Assembly: GCA_951406725.2 (NCBI GenBank) | Contig: OX597814.1 | Coordinates: 224,750,001 to 224,814,000, forward strand | From: Octopus vulgaris | Taxonomy: Eukaryota | Direction of reading: 5' to 3' | DNA length: 64,000 nt | Part shown: piece after piece, positions 23,871 through 36,588 of the stretch | How positions within the stretch are numbered: the stretch's first letter is position 1 | Layout of the letters: each line of letters starts with the position of its first letter | The notes under the pieces: model-generated | Seen by the model: the letters and a program-made list of their open reading frames with translations, nothing else | What the model was told of the DNA's origin: nothing | Databases searched by the model: none | Made by a program: the position numbers and the translations under genes

Positions 23871-24557
23871 ACCTTACCTATATCCTATACGTTACTTAGT
23901 GTACAAACACGTACCCCCCACCCCCAAGCCAAAGCAATGAGCTAGATTTCTTTCTACAGACAAAATCACTGATTAGGTTCTAAATAGCATCTTCCTTCTT
24001 TTTTCATAGAATTTTTAGTATTTCTTTAATATATGAAGTCATTTATAAGAGATAAAGTAACTGAGGACGCATAAAAAAACAACAAAAAGAAAAACTGAAT
24101 CTGATGTCAACTAATTATAAACAGATTTGATTTTCTTTCTTTTTACAAAAAATCGTGGTTTGTTAGTGCCACTCATTTAATTTTATAGATTTTGTTCATT
24201 AGAGTCATAGAATTTAATGTATTTAACTAGAAGCGAACTTTTTCCTCGGATATCTTACTGTGAGAGCAGTTATTGTTTTTATATATCCTTTTCAAAAATA
24301 TTTTGTAATGCATTTTTAATGAGTTTTGACAAGTGAAGGCTTGTAGCTATATTCCTAGAAAAGTAAATGATTAGTACTTATAACTTGGATTCTACTGAGA
24401 TGTTTTCATACACATTTATTAATACCAGACAGAAATGTGTAATCCTCTGTGTGTGTGTGTGTGTGTATGTGTGTGTTGTGTGTGTGCGTGCGTGCGTGTA
24501 TTTGTGAGAGTGAAAAAAAGAGATATAATGTGTGCCTGTGCATGCGTTTATAACAAC

Positions 24558-24633
<76 letters not shown>

Positions 24634-24922
24634 TCATGTAGGTTTGTATATATATATATATATATTTAAAAAAGGAGATGTGGAACACGAGTTGTGATAT
24701 ATAAAAAAAAGGAAATGAAGAAAATGCTGACAAAATAATTTAAGTAAGGGAGAGTGTATTTAATTAGGTGAAAAAATCTATCAGAAAGGAACTCTATCTC
24801 TCTTTTAAAAATATCTTTTGATAAGCATAACAAATGCGCAACCGGTAAAAAGAACTTTCACCTAATTAAATACACTCTCCCTTACTTAAATTATTTTGTC
24901 AGCATTTTCTTCATTTCCGTTT

Positions 24923-24974
<52 letters not shown>

Positions 24975-24978
<4 letters not shown>

Positions 24979-25155
24979 TATTCTTTTACTTGTTTCAGCC
25001 ATTTGACTGCTGCCATGCTGGAGCATCTCCTTTAGTCGAAGGAATCGACCCCCAAGAACTTATTCTTTGTAAGCCTAGTACTTATTCTATGGGTCTCTTT
25101 TGGCGAAGTGCTAAGTTACGGGAACGTAAACACATCAACATGTTAGGGGTGACGA

Positions 25156-25238
<83 letters not shown>

Positions 25239-25390
25239 GTACGACGAGCTTCTTTCAATATCCGCCTACAAAATCCATGCTTTGGTCGGCCCGAGGCTAT
25301 AGTAGAAGACACTTGTCCCAAATGCCACGCAGTGGGACTGAACCCGGAACCATGTGGTTGGTAATCAAGCTTCATACCACACAGCCACTC
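24975..25390 (-). mobile_element. SINE family A
   Basis: Same head and tail blocks (cccgaggctatag…gggactgaacccggaaccatgtggttgg). Confidence 0.8.
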
Positions 25391-25453
25391 CTGCACCTAT
25401 ATCTATGTATCTGTGCATCTATTCACACACACACACACACATATATATATATG

Positions 25454-25705
25454 AGGCGCAATGGCCCAGTGGTTAGGGTAGCGGACTCGCGGTTTCGATT
25501 CCCAGACCGGGCGTCATGAGTGTTTATTGAGCGAAAACACCTAAAGCTCCACGAGGCTCCGGCAGGGGATGGTGGCGATCCCTGCTGTACTCTTTCGCCA
25601 CAACTTTCTCTCTTTCTTCTGTTGGCCTGCTCGCTTAGCCAGCGGGGTGGCGTCATTTGAAAGCTAAAACAATGCGAAGCGCATTGTGACCAGCGATGTG
25701 TAGCA
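25454..25705 (+). mobile_element. tRNA-derived SINE family D
   Basis: ggcgcaatggcccagtggttagggtagcggactcgcgg…ttcgattcccagacc. Inverse copy at ~51580-51875. Confidence 0.75.
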
Positions 25706-26016
25706 ACTCACTGCGTTCCTTTTTGTTTGTTTGTGCGCATGTGTGTGGATCACTGTGTGTGTGTGTATGTGTGTGTGTGCCTAAAATACATGCATGTATG
25801 CATGTGTGTGTATGCATGTATGTGTGTGTGTGTATATATGGTGATGTGTTCCAGTCTTCATTTGCGTATGTGTGCTTGTTTGTTCATATAATCTGCATGT
25901 TGCTCTGTTTACTTTCATATCCATATTCTTACATACACATATACATATATATATTTATACATCCACCCACACACACATACATCTATCTATCTATATACAT
26001 ATGTATATACATAGGA

Positions 26017-27235
26017 TTATTGCAGCCTTTTTTCAATCTCCATCAGTATTGGTTTTTGGCGGGACGTTTCGCTACTTTTGGGATGTTGGTTGAGTCGATT
26101 TGCAACCTTCGTCCGTCGTCTCATGAGGATCTTCCTCTCCCTTGGAATCTTGCTCCTATTTGTTTTGGCCTTGTGCTCTGGGACATATTTCTGGCATATG
26201 GCTTGCACAGAAGACATGAAACACTCTAGTTTCATGTCAATGTCTGGTGTGGAGAGACATTTCGGCCAGTCCTCTCTGAGGATCTCTTTTTGGATCGATT
26301 TCCAGTCTGCTTTGTGGAAGTTCAGATTGGAGAGATTTCGGGTGCTTCCTTTAGGCTGTATGTCTCTGGTTACTTTCGGCCCAAACATAGACAGCTCTAT
26401 TATGTTGTGATCCGAGACTAATGTCGGCGCCACTTTCACATCATGAATGAAGTCCATATTGTTCGTGAAGCAGAGGTCCAGAATGTTATTCACCCTAGTT
26501 GGTTCTGAGTACAGCTTGCTCCATGAATAGGGCATTGGTGATGTTGAGCAAGGACTTCACTTGTGCTTGCTTGCAATGAGTCATTCCTGAGAGTATGTGA
26601 CCTTTGGGCCATTTGACGTTGGGGAAGCTGAAATCACCCATAAGAAATATAATCACGTGGTGTTCTATTTTCATGAGAATTTCTTTAATTCTTGTGAGAC
26701 AGTCTTCAAACTTGCCTGTGTGATTTAGGGCATCCGGTGGGCAATATGTATTGCATATGACTATATTATGTTGTCTTATGTATACAATTAGTGTGTCACA
26801 TACCGAATTTGAGTATTATAGTAAGACCTGGGGTGTGAGGTCGTCACGGATGTATACTGCAACTCCACCATGGCTCCTTTCCCTTCTGTCTGTTCGCAGT
26901 ATGGCATAGTTTGGTACGTGTACTTCTGCATCCTCTATATCAGGGTTGAGGTGAGTTTCCAGGAGTGCTATGCATAGGGCTTGATTGCATGCAGCAAGAT
27001 CTCTCAGGAAAGAAATTTTGCTTTTATTATGATGCAACTGGTCCCCAATATTTAGTAAAAGTATTGGCGTGACGACTGTGCAGGCGTTAGGGAGGGTCAT
27101 CCCGTCTCTGCTGACTTTGGTGGTTTTGCGCAGTGGTGGGCAAGGCTCCTTGTTTGTGCTTGATGTAGCCAGGTCAGCTGCTGCACAATCTATTTTGCCA
27201 TGTACAAAAAAGACTCTTGCTCAGCTGCTGCGTTG
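26017..27235 (-). pseudogene. LINE ORF2 AP-endonuclease fragment (CR1/L2 group)
   Basis: LLLNI, LETHL, RTDRRERSHGGVAVYIR, GDFSFP, PTRVNNILDLCFTN, SDHNII, NFHKADW. Frameshifted. Confidence 0.88.
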
Positions 27236-27244
27236 CGCATATCT

Positions 27245-27281
27245 GAATATATATATATATACATAAGTATATATATACATA

Positions 27282-27326
<45 letters not shown>

Positions 27327-27523
27327 TGTATATATATATATATATATATTTATATATGTATATATATATATATACATATATATACATATATATACATATA
27401 TATACATACTTATATATATATATATATATATATAAATATATATATACATATACATATATAAATATATATATACACATAGGTATATATATATATATATATA
27501 CGTATATACATACACACATACTT

Positions 27524-27560
<37 letters not shown>

Positions 27561-27562
27561 CG

Positions 27563-27609
<47 letters not shown>

Positions 27610-27925
27610 GTATGTATATGTATATATATATATATATAATATTTATATATATAATAATGAAGGGTGAAATTAATTAATTTGGAATAATTATCAATTACAC
27701 CAAGTAGTCTTCGGCATATATAAGCCTATACGTATATACATACACACATACTTACACACACACACATATATATAGATATATACATATATATACGTATATA
27801 CATATATATATATATATATACAGTATTCATACACTAGATCTCCTTTTAGTAGAAGAAATATATAACTATGCTATTTCTAAATTCGTATGTGTAAGGCAAC
27901 TAGTTGCTAAACCCTTTATAGTATA

Positions 27926-27962
<37 letters not shown>

Positions 27963-27970
27963 GTATATAC

Positions 27971-28001
<31 letters not shown>

Positions 28002-28095
28002 TATGAACATATATACATATATATATACATCTATATTTATGTATACATATATACGTACTCGCACACACATATATACACATACATACACACACACA
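27245..28095. repeat. Compound (TA)n/(CA)n microsatellite field
   Basis: Direct inspection. Representative of many such tracts (5180-5416, 41685-41860, 46665-46775, 47630-47990, 54510-54657, 62310-62546). Confidence 0.95.
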
Positions 28096-28150
28096 CTCTT
28101 ACCTATATTAATAATAATATTATTGTTTTGAAATCAGTAGAACACAATAC

Positions 28151-28357
28151 CTTTCCAGTGGGATAATGGATGGCTTGAACGTTACGTGTGCCGCTACCTC
28201 CTGCTAGGACAACATCGTGATCACAGAACTGGGCGCAATATAAATATTCTCCATTGGCATTTTCAAAGGGTACCGTCTTATCAATCATTCCGTCACAGTA
28301 ATCCCATATCTGTAGACCGTTCTGGCTCACCCACGACGCAGATAATATTTTACCTGG
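28151..28357 (-). CDS. WD40-repeat protein, exon 7
   Basis: Acceptor ttttgctaaag|, donor AAG|gtattg, 207 nt. Encodes [23 protein letters not shown]...[32 protein letters not shown]. Confidence 0.88.
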
Positions 28358-28686
28358 CTTTAGCAAAATAATAATAATATGATAGTAATAATAATGATAA
28401 TAATAATAATAATAATTATAATAATAATAATTATAATAATAATAATAATCTCACATCCTACACAAAATACTTTCTATGTAATCTCAAGTTTTAAAGCAAA
28501 CATGATTTTCTTATGTTTTTTTAGACATTCACTAGTACAACACTAAGTACAAAACCAAATATATGGCACCCTAGGCATAACATCAACATGAACTTCCAAC
28601 TTGTTGTCTCTTGAGGTCTCTGGGTGAGACTTGGAGCCAACTTGTACAAATGTAAAACAAAAATCAAACATAAAATAATAATAATG

Positions 28687-28725
<39 letters not shown>

Positions 28726-31229
28726 TTAAAACAAGTAAACTAATTAGAATCTTGAGAAAGCTTGACAAAATACATATGTATTCACAAGGATTTCGGATGG
28801 ACTACGTACCTCGAGCTATGCATGTTATATAATATTCACATAGTTGTACATATAAACGTTATTTACACGGATAATGGAAGATTAATTTTAATAATAGAAA
28901 ACCATCTCGGCCGTGATCCTAGCTACTCCACTGTAAAAGAAATACCTTTCTAATTTATGTTTCAAAAGATTGTAAAAACCTCAAAAGCTAAATCTGCTGA
29001 ACTGGAGATTTTGAAATACGTTTTTGGCGTAGAATTATTCTGTCAGAACTTCATTTAGATTTGCTTTTAAAACCATCTTCCCATGTGTATATTCAGTTTT
29101 CTTACAGGACAAGTAATTTACTGCTTTCCTTTTCGTAAAATGCTATCGCTATTGTTTTGTGAATTCAACTATCCACAGAGAAGCATTTCTGTACGTAGCC
29201 CGAAATTCTAAGTGTGCGTTTAACACTTCAGTGTTTTAGCTACTCACATAAACACACATTTATATACACACATATTTCAGATAAGTTTAATTATTGAACT
29301 ATATATTTATTTAAAATATAGAGGTTCCAAAACATCCCTACATATACAGAAAAAATCAATGAAAAAGAATCATACATAATTTAGTCAAATACATTCATCT
29401 ATTTTAATTTATGCAACTGGTAAACAAAACACGAAACCATAAAAATCAAACAAATGAATTGGTTCTGTTGGATTTTTATTTTTTAAAAACGGCATCAGAG
29501 TGAATGCTTTGCCCCTATTTTATGAATTTCAGAATGCTCCCCCAAATAATTCAGCGCTACCATTACAGATCTCTTAACTTTCAACTCCCTTAACTTTTAA
29601 CTCTCTTAACTGCATCGTTCAAAATTTGAACAGTTTTCTGTCCAACTTTAATACGTGGCAAAGCATGAGTTATTTTACTCTAGGTTTTAGAATCTCACAT
29701 CGTCTATTCTTTACCATCTGAACTAGTCATTTGTGGTAGATTTAAGTCGATAAGATCTTAATATCTAAAGATATTGTTACCAGCACACAATAAATCCTGA
29801 ATACTCATTGCATTAAATTCTTTAAATCTCATTGTTTGCAATATTTTTCGAGGTTAATTCAAAAAATTAAATCCCCCAAGCTTACATAATGTAATATTTC
29901 CAGAATTCTTTAACATTCTGATGTTTGTCATCAGCCTTTGTTGTCAACTGATAATTTATCTTAAGAATGGAAATAACTACCTTACCAATAAGCTAGAGTT
30001 GTGAATCATGTATAGTTGAATGAAAACGACTTCAATAGATGCCTACATTAAGTGACAATGGAGATTTGTTTTTAAGATGCCAGATATAATGTGTAAAAGC
30101 GGTGTTTCCTTGTGTGCGAAATATATATATTTTTCCGTACAGTATTGTTCGACAGCAAATTAGAAATGCTCAGTGACCCTGTCAATTAACAAAACCTGTG
30201 TAGCCATTGCTTTTCAGTTAGGTTTCCGGATGAAAGTAGATTTGAAGACGTATTTAATTATTCTCGGAATATCAAGAATGATAAACAAGCAATGACTTAA
30301 ATTCAAGTCTCCGGTGATGCTGCCTTCTGACAAAAATGTGTAACAATTTTTCGTAGTTTTGTATTCTGGTGTCTATACTCCCTCCTTTGCGATAAAAAGT
30401 GGACGGAAACCACTTCCAAAATACACCAGATTCGTCTTGGATATTCTACAATATCTTTCAATTGAGTTGGAAAATTCACTTCTGTCGGAATGCCAGCCCT
30501 TGCTTATTTTTATCATCTCAATTCCATCATGATTAGATCGTTTCTTTAACTTCAAAATCCACCCAAGACAAGCAACAACATTACTGCTGCAAGTAAATTT
30601 AACCTTTGTATAAAGAAATGGCTTGGAAGAGTGATAAGTGATGCTGCAACATATTATCGCCCAAGAATTTAACATTTCCTCCGTATTTCCCCCAAGTATT
30701 TTATAACATATCCGCGTTACTTTAAAAGTTTTACACTCACTTGAATCTCGTACGGCAACTTTATTTTCTTAGATGATTTCTAAGGTTGGCAGCGCAAGTC
30801 CTAATAATTCCACAACAAAACTTTGCTATCCCTTCCATTCTTTTCATAATCTTTAGCTTGGTATCTAATGATATTACGTGACATGATAAGCTAACAATAC
30901 AACTGAATAAACTAAAATATTGTACTTCAGGAAATTAAGAAATTGCTTCACAAGTGATAGGTTGTATCACGAGCTAACGTTTTATTCTTCGAAGTCATAA
31001 CTTAAATGTCTTGCTTAAAACAGAAAACTCGCCATTGATTTTCTCAAAGGTTTTACTAGATTTTAGTTTCTCTAAATTTACATTATACCAAACAGATCGT
31101 TATCGTGAATTAAAGTGACAGGTGTGGAGAAAAAAATCTATTAAGCTGTATGAATTAAACTGTTTTATCTGCTGCTTCACTATGAGAACTATGACAAACC
31201 ATGTAAATAATAAACTTAAAAATACTTAC

Positions 31230-31310
31230 TCGAAAGTCTAATCCTTCACCACAGATGTGTGGCCCAGCCATATAGCGTCTCACACCAAGCTTGGTTCTTT
31301 TATCAAATAT
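31230..31310 (-). CDS. WD40-repeat protein, exon 6
   Basis: Acceptor ttgttag|, donor CGA|gtaagt, 81 nt. Encodes IFDKRTKLGVRRYMAGPHICGEGLDFR and completes GGWDKSIK-IFD. Confidence 0.9.
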
Positions 31311-31463
31311 CTAACAAATTAAAAATAATTTAGTTACATTTGTAAACTATAATGATAATGTATATTTTCTATCTACCTCATCTTCAGAACTTCTTTTAGG
31401 TTTTATACAATTTTTGATAATTTCAGTCCTTGCCATATTTACATATATTTATTTAGCTGCCCT

Positions 31464-31525
<62 letters not shown>

Positions 31526-32174
31526 TACATTTTGGAAGAGGTCTCGTGGAAGGCCCCATAGCAGGCCCTGTGACAGACCCCGTACCAGATGGCTGGACCT
31601 TGGAGGATGCAAAGGGACTAACAAGGGACCGCCTGCGATGGCAGACAGTGGTCGGCTCTGTACACAATGAAGCCCCAAGGGCCGGTAACCCGAGATGACC
31701 CTCTCCGCTATCGAGCAAGAGCTGAGAGAAAGAGGGAGAGAATATTTATATATACATATTCTTTGATGGTAGCACAGAAACTAAACTTCCTGTTCAAGCT
31801 TAGTGCTGGGAAATGTATAGATTTCGAAATAAGTCGCATGAAAGAAACTGGGGATTGATCCGAGTGAAATAAAATTTAACAGAAAAAAAAAAAATGCAAA
31901 AGATACTGTTACAAATTCAAAAAATTTCAAGGCGACATTTAATACTAGTTTCCAATTTTGGCACAAGGCCAGTAATTCTGGGGGAGGGCATAAGTCGATA
32001 ACATCGAAACAAGTGCTCAACTGATACTGATTTTATAGACCCCGAAAGAATGAAAGGTAATGTGGATCTCGACAGAACTGGAACTCAGACTGTTAAGATG
32101 GACGAAGTGCCGCCAAGCATTTCGCCCGATGTTCTAACGGTTGTGCCAGATCGCAGCCTCAAAGTGATATATAA

Positions 32175-32704
32175 TCTATTATATAAAATCCGTTCTGTCT
32201 GTCTGTGTGTGTGTCTTCTAGGATCTCGGGCATCCTCCATCCGATTGCGCTCAAATTTGATATGTAGATACCGACGGTATCATGGCGTGTATAAGTCTTG
32301 AAAAAAATTACAAAAATCAATTCCAGGTGAGAATGCGATCGATAAAGTGAATAAAATCGTTTTTCTTTGGAATAGAAAAATAGTCTATCTTTATTTCTTC
32401 TTTTGCTTATGTCTCAAATTTAGGTTAAATCAGTGTTTCTCAAAGGGGAGGCCTACAGGACGGTCGGACAAGTTGTTTTGAGAAAATTTAGTTTAAATGT
32501 TTGACCACTCAACACCTTCCATTGGACGGGGGGCGTTTTGCTCGTAATTAATAACCCTTCAGTTATAACACCTCACAAACTCGGTCAGTTACACCATACA
32601 TAAAATTCGTTACCATAAAATAAGTTCGTGTGTTTAGTAGTGAGCGAGCTCCGTTGCATTGAAGGTAAGCCCCACACAGACTGTGATACAGGTACTATTT
32701 CTAG
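32175..32704 (+). mobile_element. Non-autonomous Helitron
   Basis: 5' a|TCTATTATATAAAA followed by (tctg)/(tg) repeats, 3' CTAG|t, inserted at an AT. The 3' hairpin is degraded. Confidence 0.65.
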
Positions 32705-32819
32705 TCGTAACAATTTCATTTATTTTAGTAATGCTCATACTAACTCAAATCGATAGGATTTATAAACTGCGGATGGATATATTTGAATATAAAAGTTGTT
32801 ATCATTTATATGCCTTATA

Positions 32820-33030
32820 AGGTGGCCAGCTGGCAGAATCGTTAGCACACCGAGGAAAATGCTTAGCGGCATTTCGTCCATTCTTACGTTCTGAGTTCAA
32901 ATTCTGCCGAAGTCGACTTTGCCTTTCATCCTTTCGGGGACGATGAAATAAGTACCAGTTACGCACTGGGGTTGATGTAATCGACTTGCCCGCCCCCCTC
33001 CAAAATTTCGGGTCTTTTACCTATAGTTGA
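32820..33030 (+). mobile_element. tRNA-derived SINE family B
   Basis: agctggcagaatcgttagcac…gagttcaaattc…gtcgactttgcctttcatcctttcgggg…aagtaccagtt. Other + copies at ~7945-8105, 39198-39440 and 39465-39645. Confidence 0.8.
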
Positions 33031-33967
33031 AAAGCTTATTTGTATGCTTTATATGTGGTACAAATATTTATTTATCCTATGTAATTTACATTTGAAGGTA
33101 CGGGTGTATTTACAACAGTTGTTTGCTCTGAATAAACAGATCTATATTCAAAACCATTCCAGCCATAACCATCTCGATGTTTTGTAGGTATAGTGCTTAG
33201 TGTATGGAGAACATTATGCGATGAATGGTTTTTAAACGGTAAAATGTAACTTGGGAGAGATTTGGTTTTCATTTGTTGCGGGTTAAATGACCGCATAGAG
33301 GATCCTTTATTGACTCTTAGCTATGAAGAACAGAAAATATTAGCTAATAATGGATGGTGTATAATCAAACGAATTAACTAAATCCGCTATATTATTAGTA
33401 TTTTAGAGGCCCTTTTCCGAACTACACCGGCAGGGCTAAAAAAGCAGATGCTGTTCTTGTTCAGCATTAGAAAAAGCTCTGATTGAGCAAACCTATAATA
33501 AAAGCTTTCCAGCTGTAGCCACATCATATTATTCTTTGGTACAGTGACCCAAAAGTAATCCAGGGCTACCTTCTCCAATGCACCATTTTCTAAAATTGTT
33601 GGGTGGGATTGAAGCTGTAGATAAGACTAGGACGGGAGTAACTAAAAGACGTATTCAGGCATATCCAGTGAATGAACATCACTTGCATCTATAAGATTGC
33701 TGTTGTTCCTTTACTTACACATTAACAACTTCACACATTGTTTTAAATGGTGTACTTCACGCAATTACAAGTTAGCCATCATTTAATAGATTTAATATCG
33801 AGACGTTCCAGTTGTGAACACCACCACGTTTTTTTTTTTTTTTCAGAAACAGTGTGAAAGAACTATTTTGTTTAACGTCTCCTTCCATAATATATAAAGG
33901 CTGTGATTTGAAGGAGATTCAACTACTATTTCTAGCACAGAGTAACAATTCTTGGTTTGTTGACATA

Positions 33968-34445
<478 letters not shown>

Positions 34446-35027
34446 AAACTACCTTTTCTCACAACTATCGGAGCGCGAAGCGCTCCTCATGAACATAGAT
34501 TTGTGAGATGGTTGTGATCTGTAAACAGTTTTGAGTAGGAACCGGAAACAGGCGTATAAACACGCAATGCGCATGTGTACGCTGGATTCATAAAACGGAA
34601 TAGAAGAATAAAAACGCAATACGCATGTCAAACAAGTTATATGGTGGTCTGCATGCCACGTCTGACACCACTATCACACAGCTTTGCTGCAATTTTCTTG
34701 TTGCACCATATTGTCAATGAATGAAGCGAAGGAAGTCTCCAAGTGTGACTTGGCGGCTTCCTTCATTTGTTCTCTCACAGTTTTGAACAATTTTTCGATG
34801 GGAAGGGTATGGTTTGATTGCTTATCCACTATTTTAGCTCATCACTTCACGGACTACCTCATTTGTCTATTAAGATGTTGTGTGAAATAATGAAACAACA
34901 ACCATATTGTCTTAAAAGTTATGGTTTAAAAAAGAAAACACGATTGTAACAAACACACACAAAGAAGAAAGAAAACTCGGTCAGCAGTGAATAAATATTA
35001 GTATTAACTAAAAGTTATAAAACTTAC

Positions 35028-35159
35028 CTTAATACTTTTATCCCAGCCACCTGTAATGAAAATATCGTTGTATTCTGGACTAAACTTCAGAGAATAAATA
35101 CGATTCGTGCAATATTCTTCTCTGTCAGGGGAATTCTCTCCTCCATACGTTTGTAAAAT
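35028..35159 (-). CDS. WD40-repeat protein, exon 5
   Basis: Acceptor ttgcag|, donor AAG|gtaagt, 132 nt. Encodes ILQTYGGENSPDREEYCTNRIYSLKFSPEYNDIFITGGWDKSIK. Confidence 0.9.
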
Positions 35160-35577
35160 CTGCAATAAAGATCTTCAAAAAATAAGAAACTTCTCTCTCT
35201 CAACATGCGTATATGATGTGTGTTTTGGTTATTGATTAATTATTAAAAAAATTTTTTTACACAAGGGCAACTTGGGAGAGGTGGGGATGAGTCGATTACA
35301 TCGACCCCAGTGTTCAACTGGTACTTATTTTATCGACCCCGAAAGGATGAAAGGGAAAGTCAACCTCGTCCTTTAGGGGTCGATTAAATAAGTACCAGTT
35401 ACGCACCGGGGTCGATATAATCGACTTAATCCGTTTGTCTGTCCTTGTTTGTCGACGGGCAAAATACCTTTAAGCGTTTCGTTCAGCATGCTAACAATTG
35501 TGCCAGCTCGCCGCCTTGGTTATTGATTAATAATAATAACACATCTTAAAAGATTCTTGCTGTGATGCCATCGGAAT

Positions 35578-36122
35578 ATATGAGGTGCATTCCAGAAGTT
35601 TTGCGACATTTTTAGAGGAGGCAGTAAAATCTGTCCAAGATTATTTTGATTCTAGTCTATCATTACTATTACATCTAATAAGCTGTAACAGCTCTTTGAA
35701 CACACCCTACTAAACACTGCTTGTCACAACTGACTAGTTTGCAGAATGCAGTCGGGATGTGAAGGCAATTTGGGAGCTCGATATGCAATAAAGTGTTGCG
35801 TTAAACTGGGCAAAAACGCTGCACAAACTTATGAAATGTTTCACATAGCTTAAGGATTAATTTGTATGAGCCGAACATCGGTTTTTCGCTGGTGCAAGAG
35901 GCCAGACGAACAAAGTCCATTGGGAAGCTCGTAATGACACTCTTTTTCGACAGCAAGGTAACCAACTCCATCTACTGGTTTCCCTCTAGCTAGGCGGTCA
36001 ACAATGTGTACTTTGTGGAGATTTTGGAGTTCAAGGAGATATTTCGTCGCACCAGTCCAAGATTCCATCCTGGTAGCCAACTACATCAATTCGGTTTCTC
36101 ACCCTTCCAACAGCCCAGATTA
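35578..36122 (+). pseudogene. Internally deleted, decayed mariner transposase
   Basis: Fragments RYAIKCCVKLGKNAAQTYEMF, CMSRTSVFRWCKR, LFFDSK and HPSNSPD (cf. mariner HPPYSPDL). Confidence 0.75.
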
Positions 36123-36470
36123 CTAGTTTTGTTTTAGAAGTAACCAAATTTGAAGTTACTTAAATAAGGATTTTTATTCGTATATTATAGAAGGGAGAGA
36201 CCTCAGTAAATAAAAATTAAGTACTATATGCAAAAACAAGAATTGAGTACCGATCCTCTATAGATATAATTAATATTATTATTTTTTATATAAAGGACTA
36301 TATATATTATATATCCAAAATTTATTAGTTCTTTCAGAAGTAACAAAATATTGTTGCAATAAGAATAAAAGTTGTACATTATACAATACTATAATAATTA
36401 TTATTGTGGTCATTGATTTTAGTTAATAAGTCAAATAAAATTATTCATTTATTATTATCATCATCATTGA

Positions 36471-36540
<70 letters not shown>

Positions 36541-36551
36541 TATTATTATTA

Positions 36552-36588
<37 letters not shown>

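Noticed and set aside
27174-27667. Long YI/HT/CV/LSIY-repeat ORFs here and throughout the window
   Set aside because: Translations of (TA)n, (CA)n, (TATC)n and (ATT)n microsatellites.
29990-30840. Possible decayed hAT transposase on the minus strand
   Set aside because: Only vague motif remnants and no TIR or TSD found. It needs a profile search to support.
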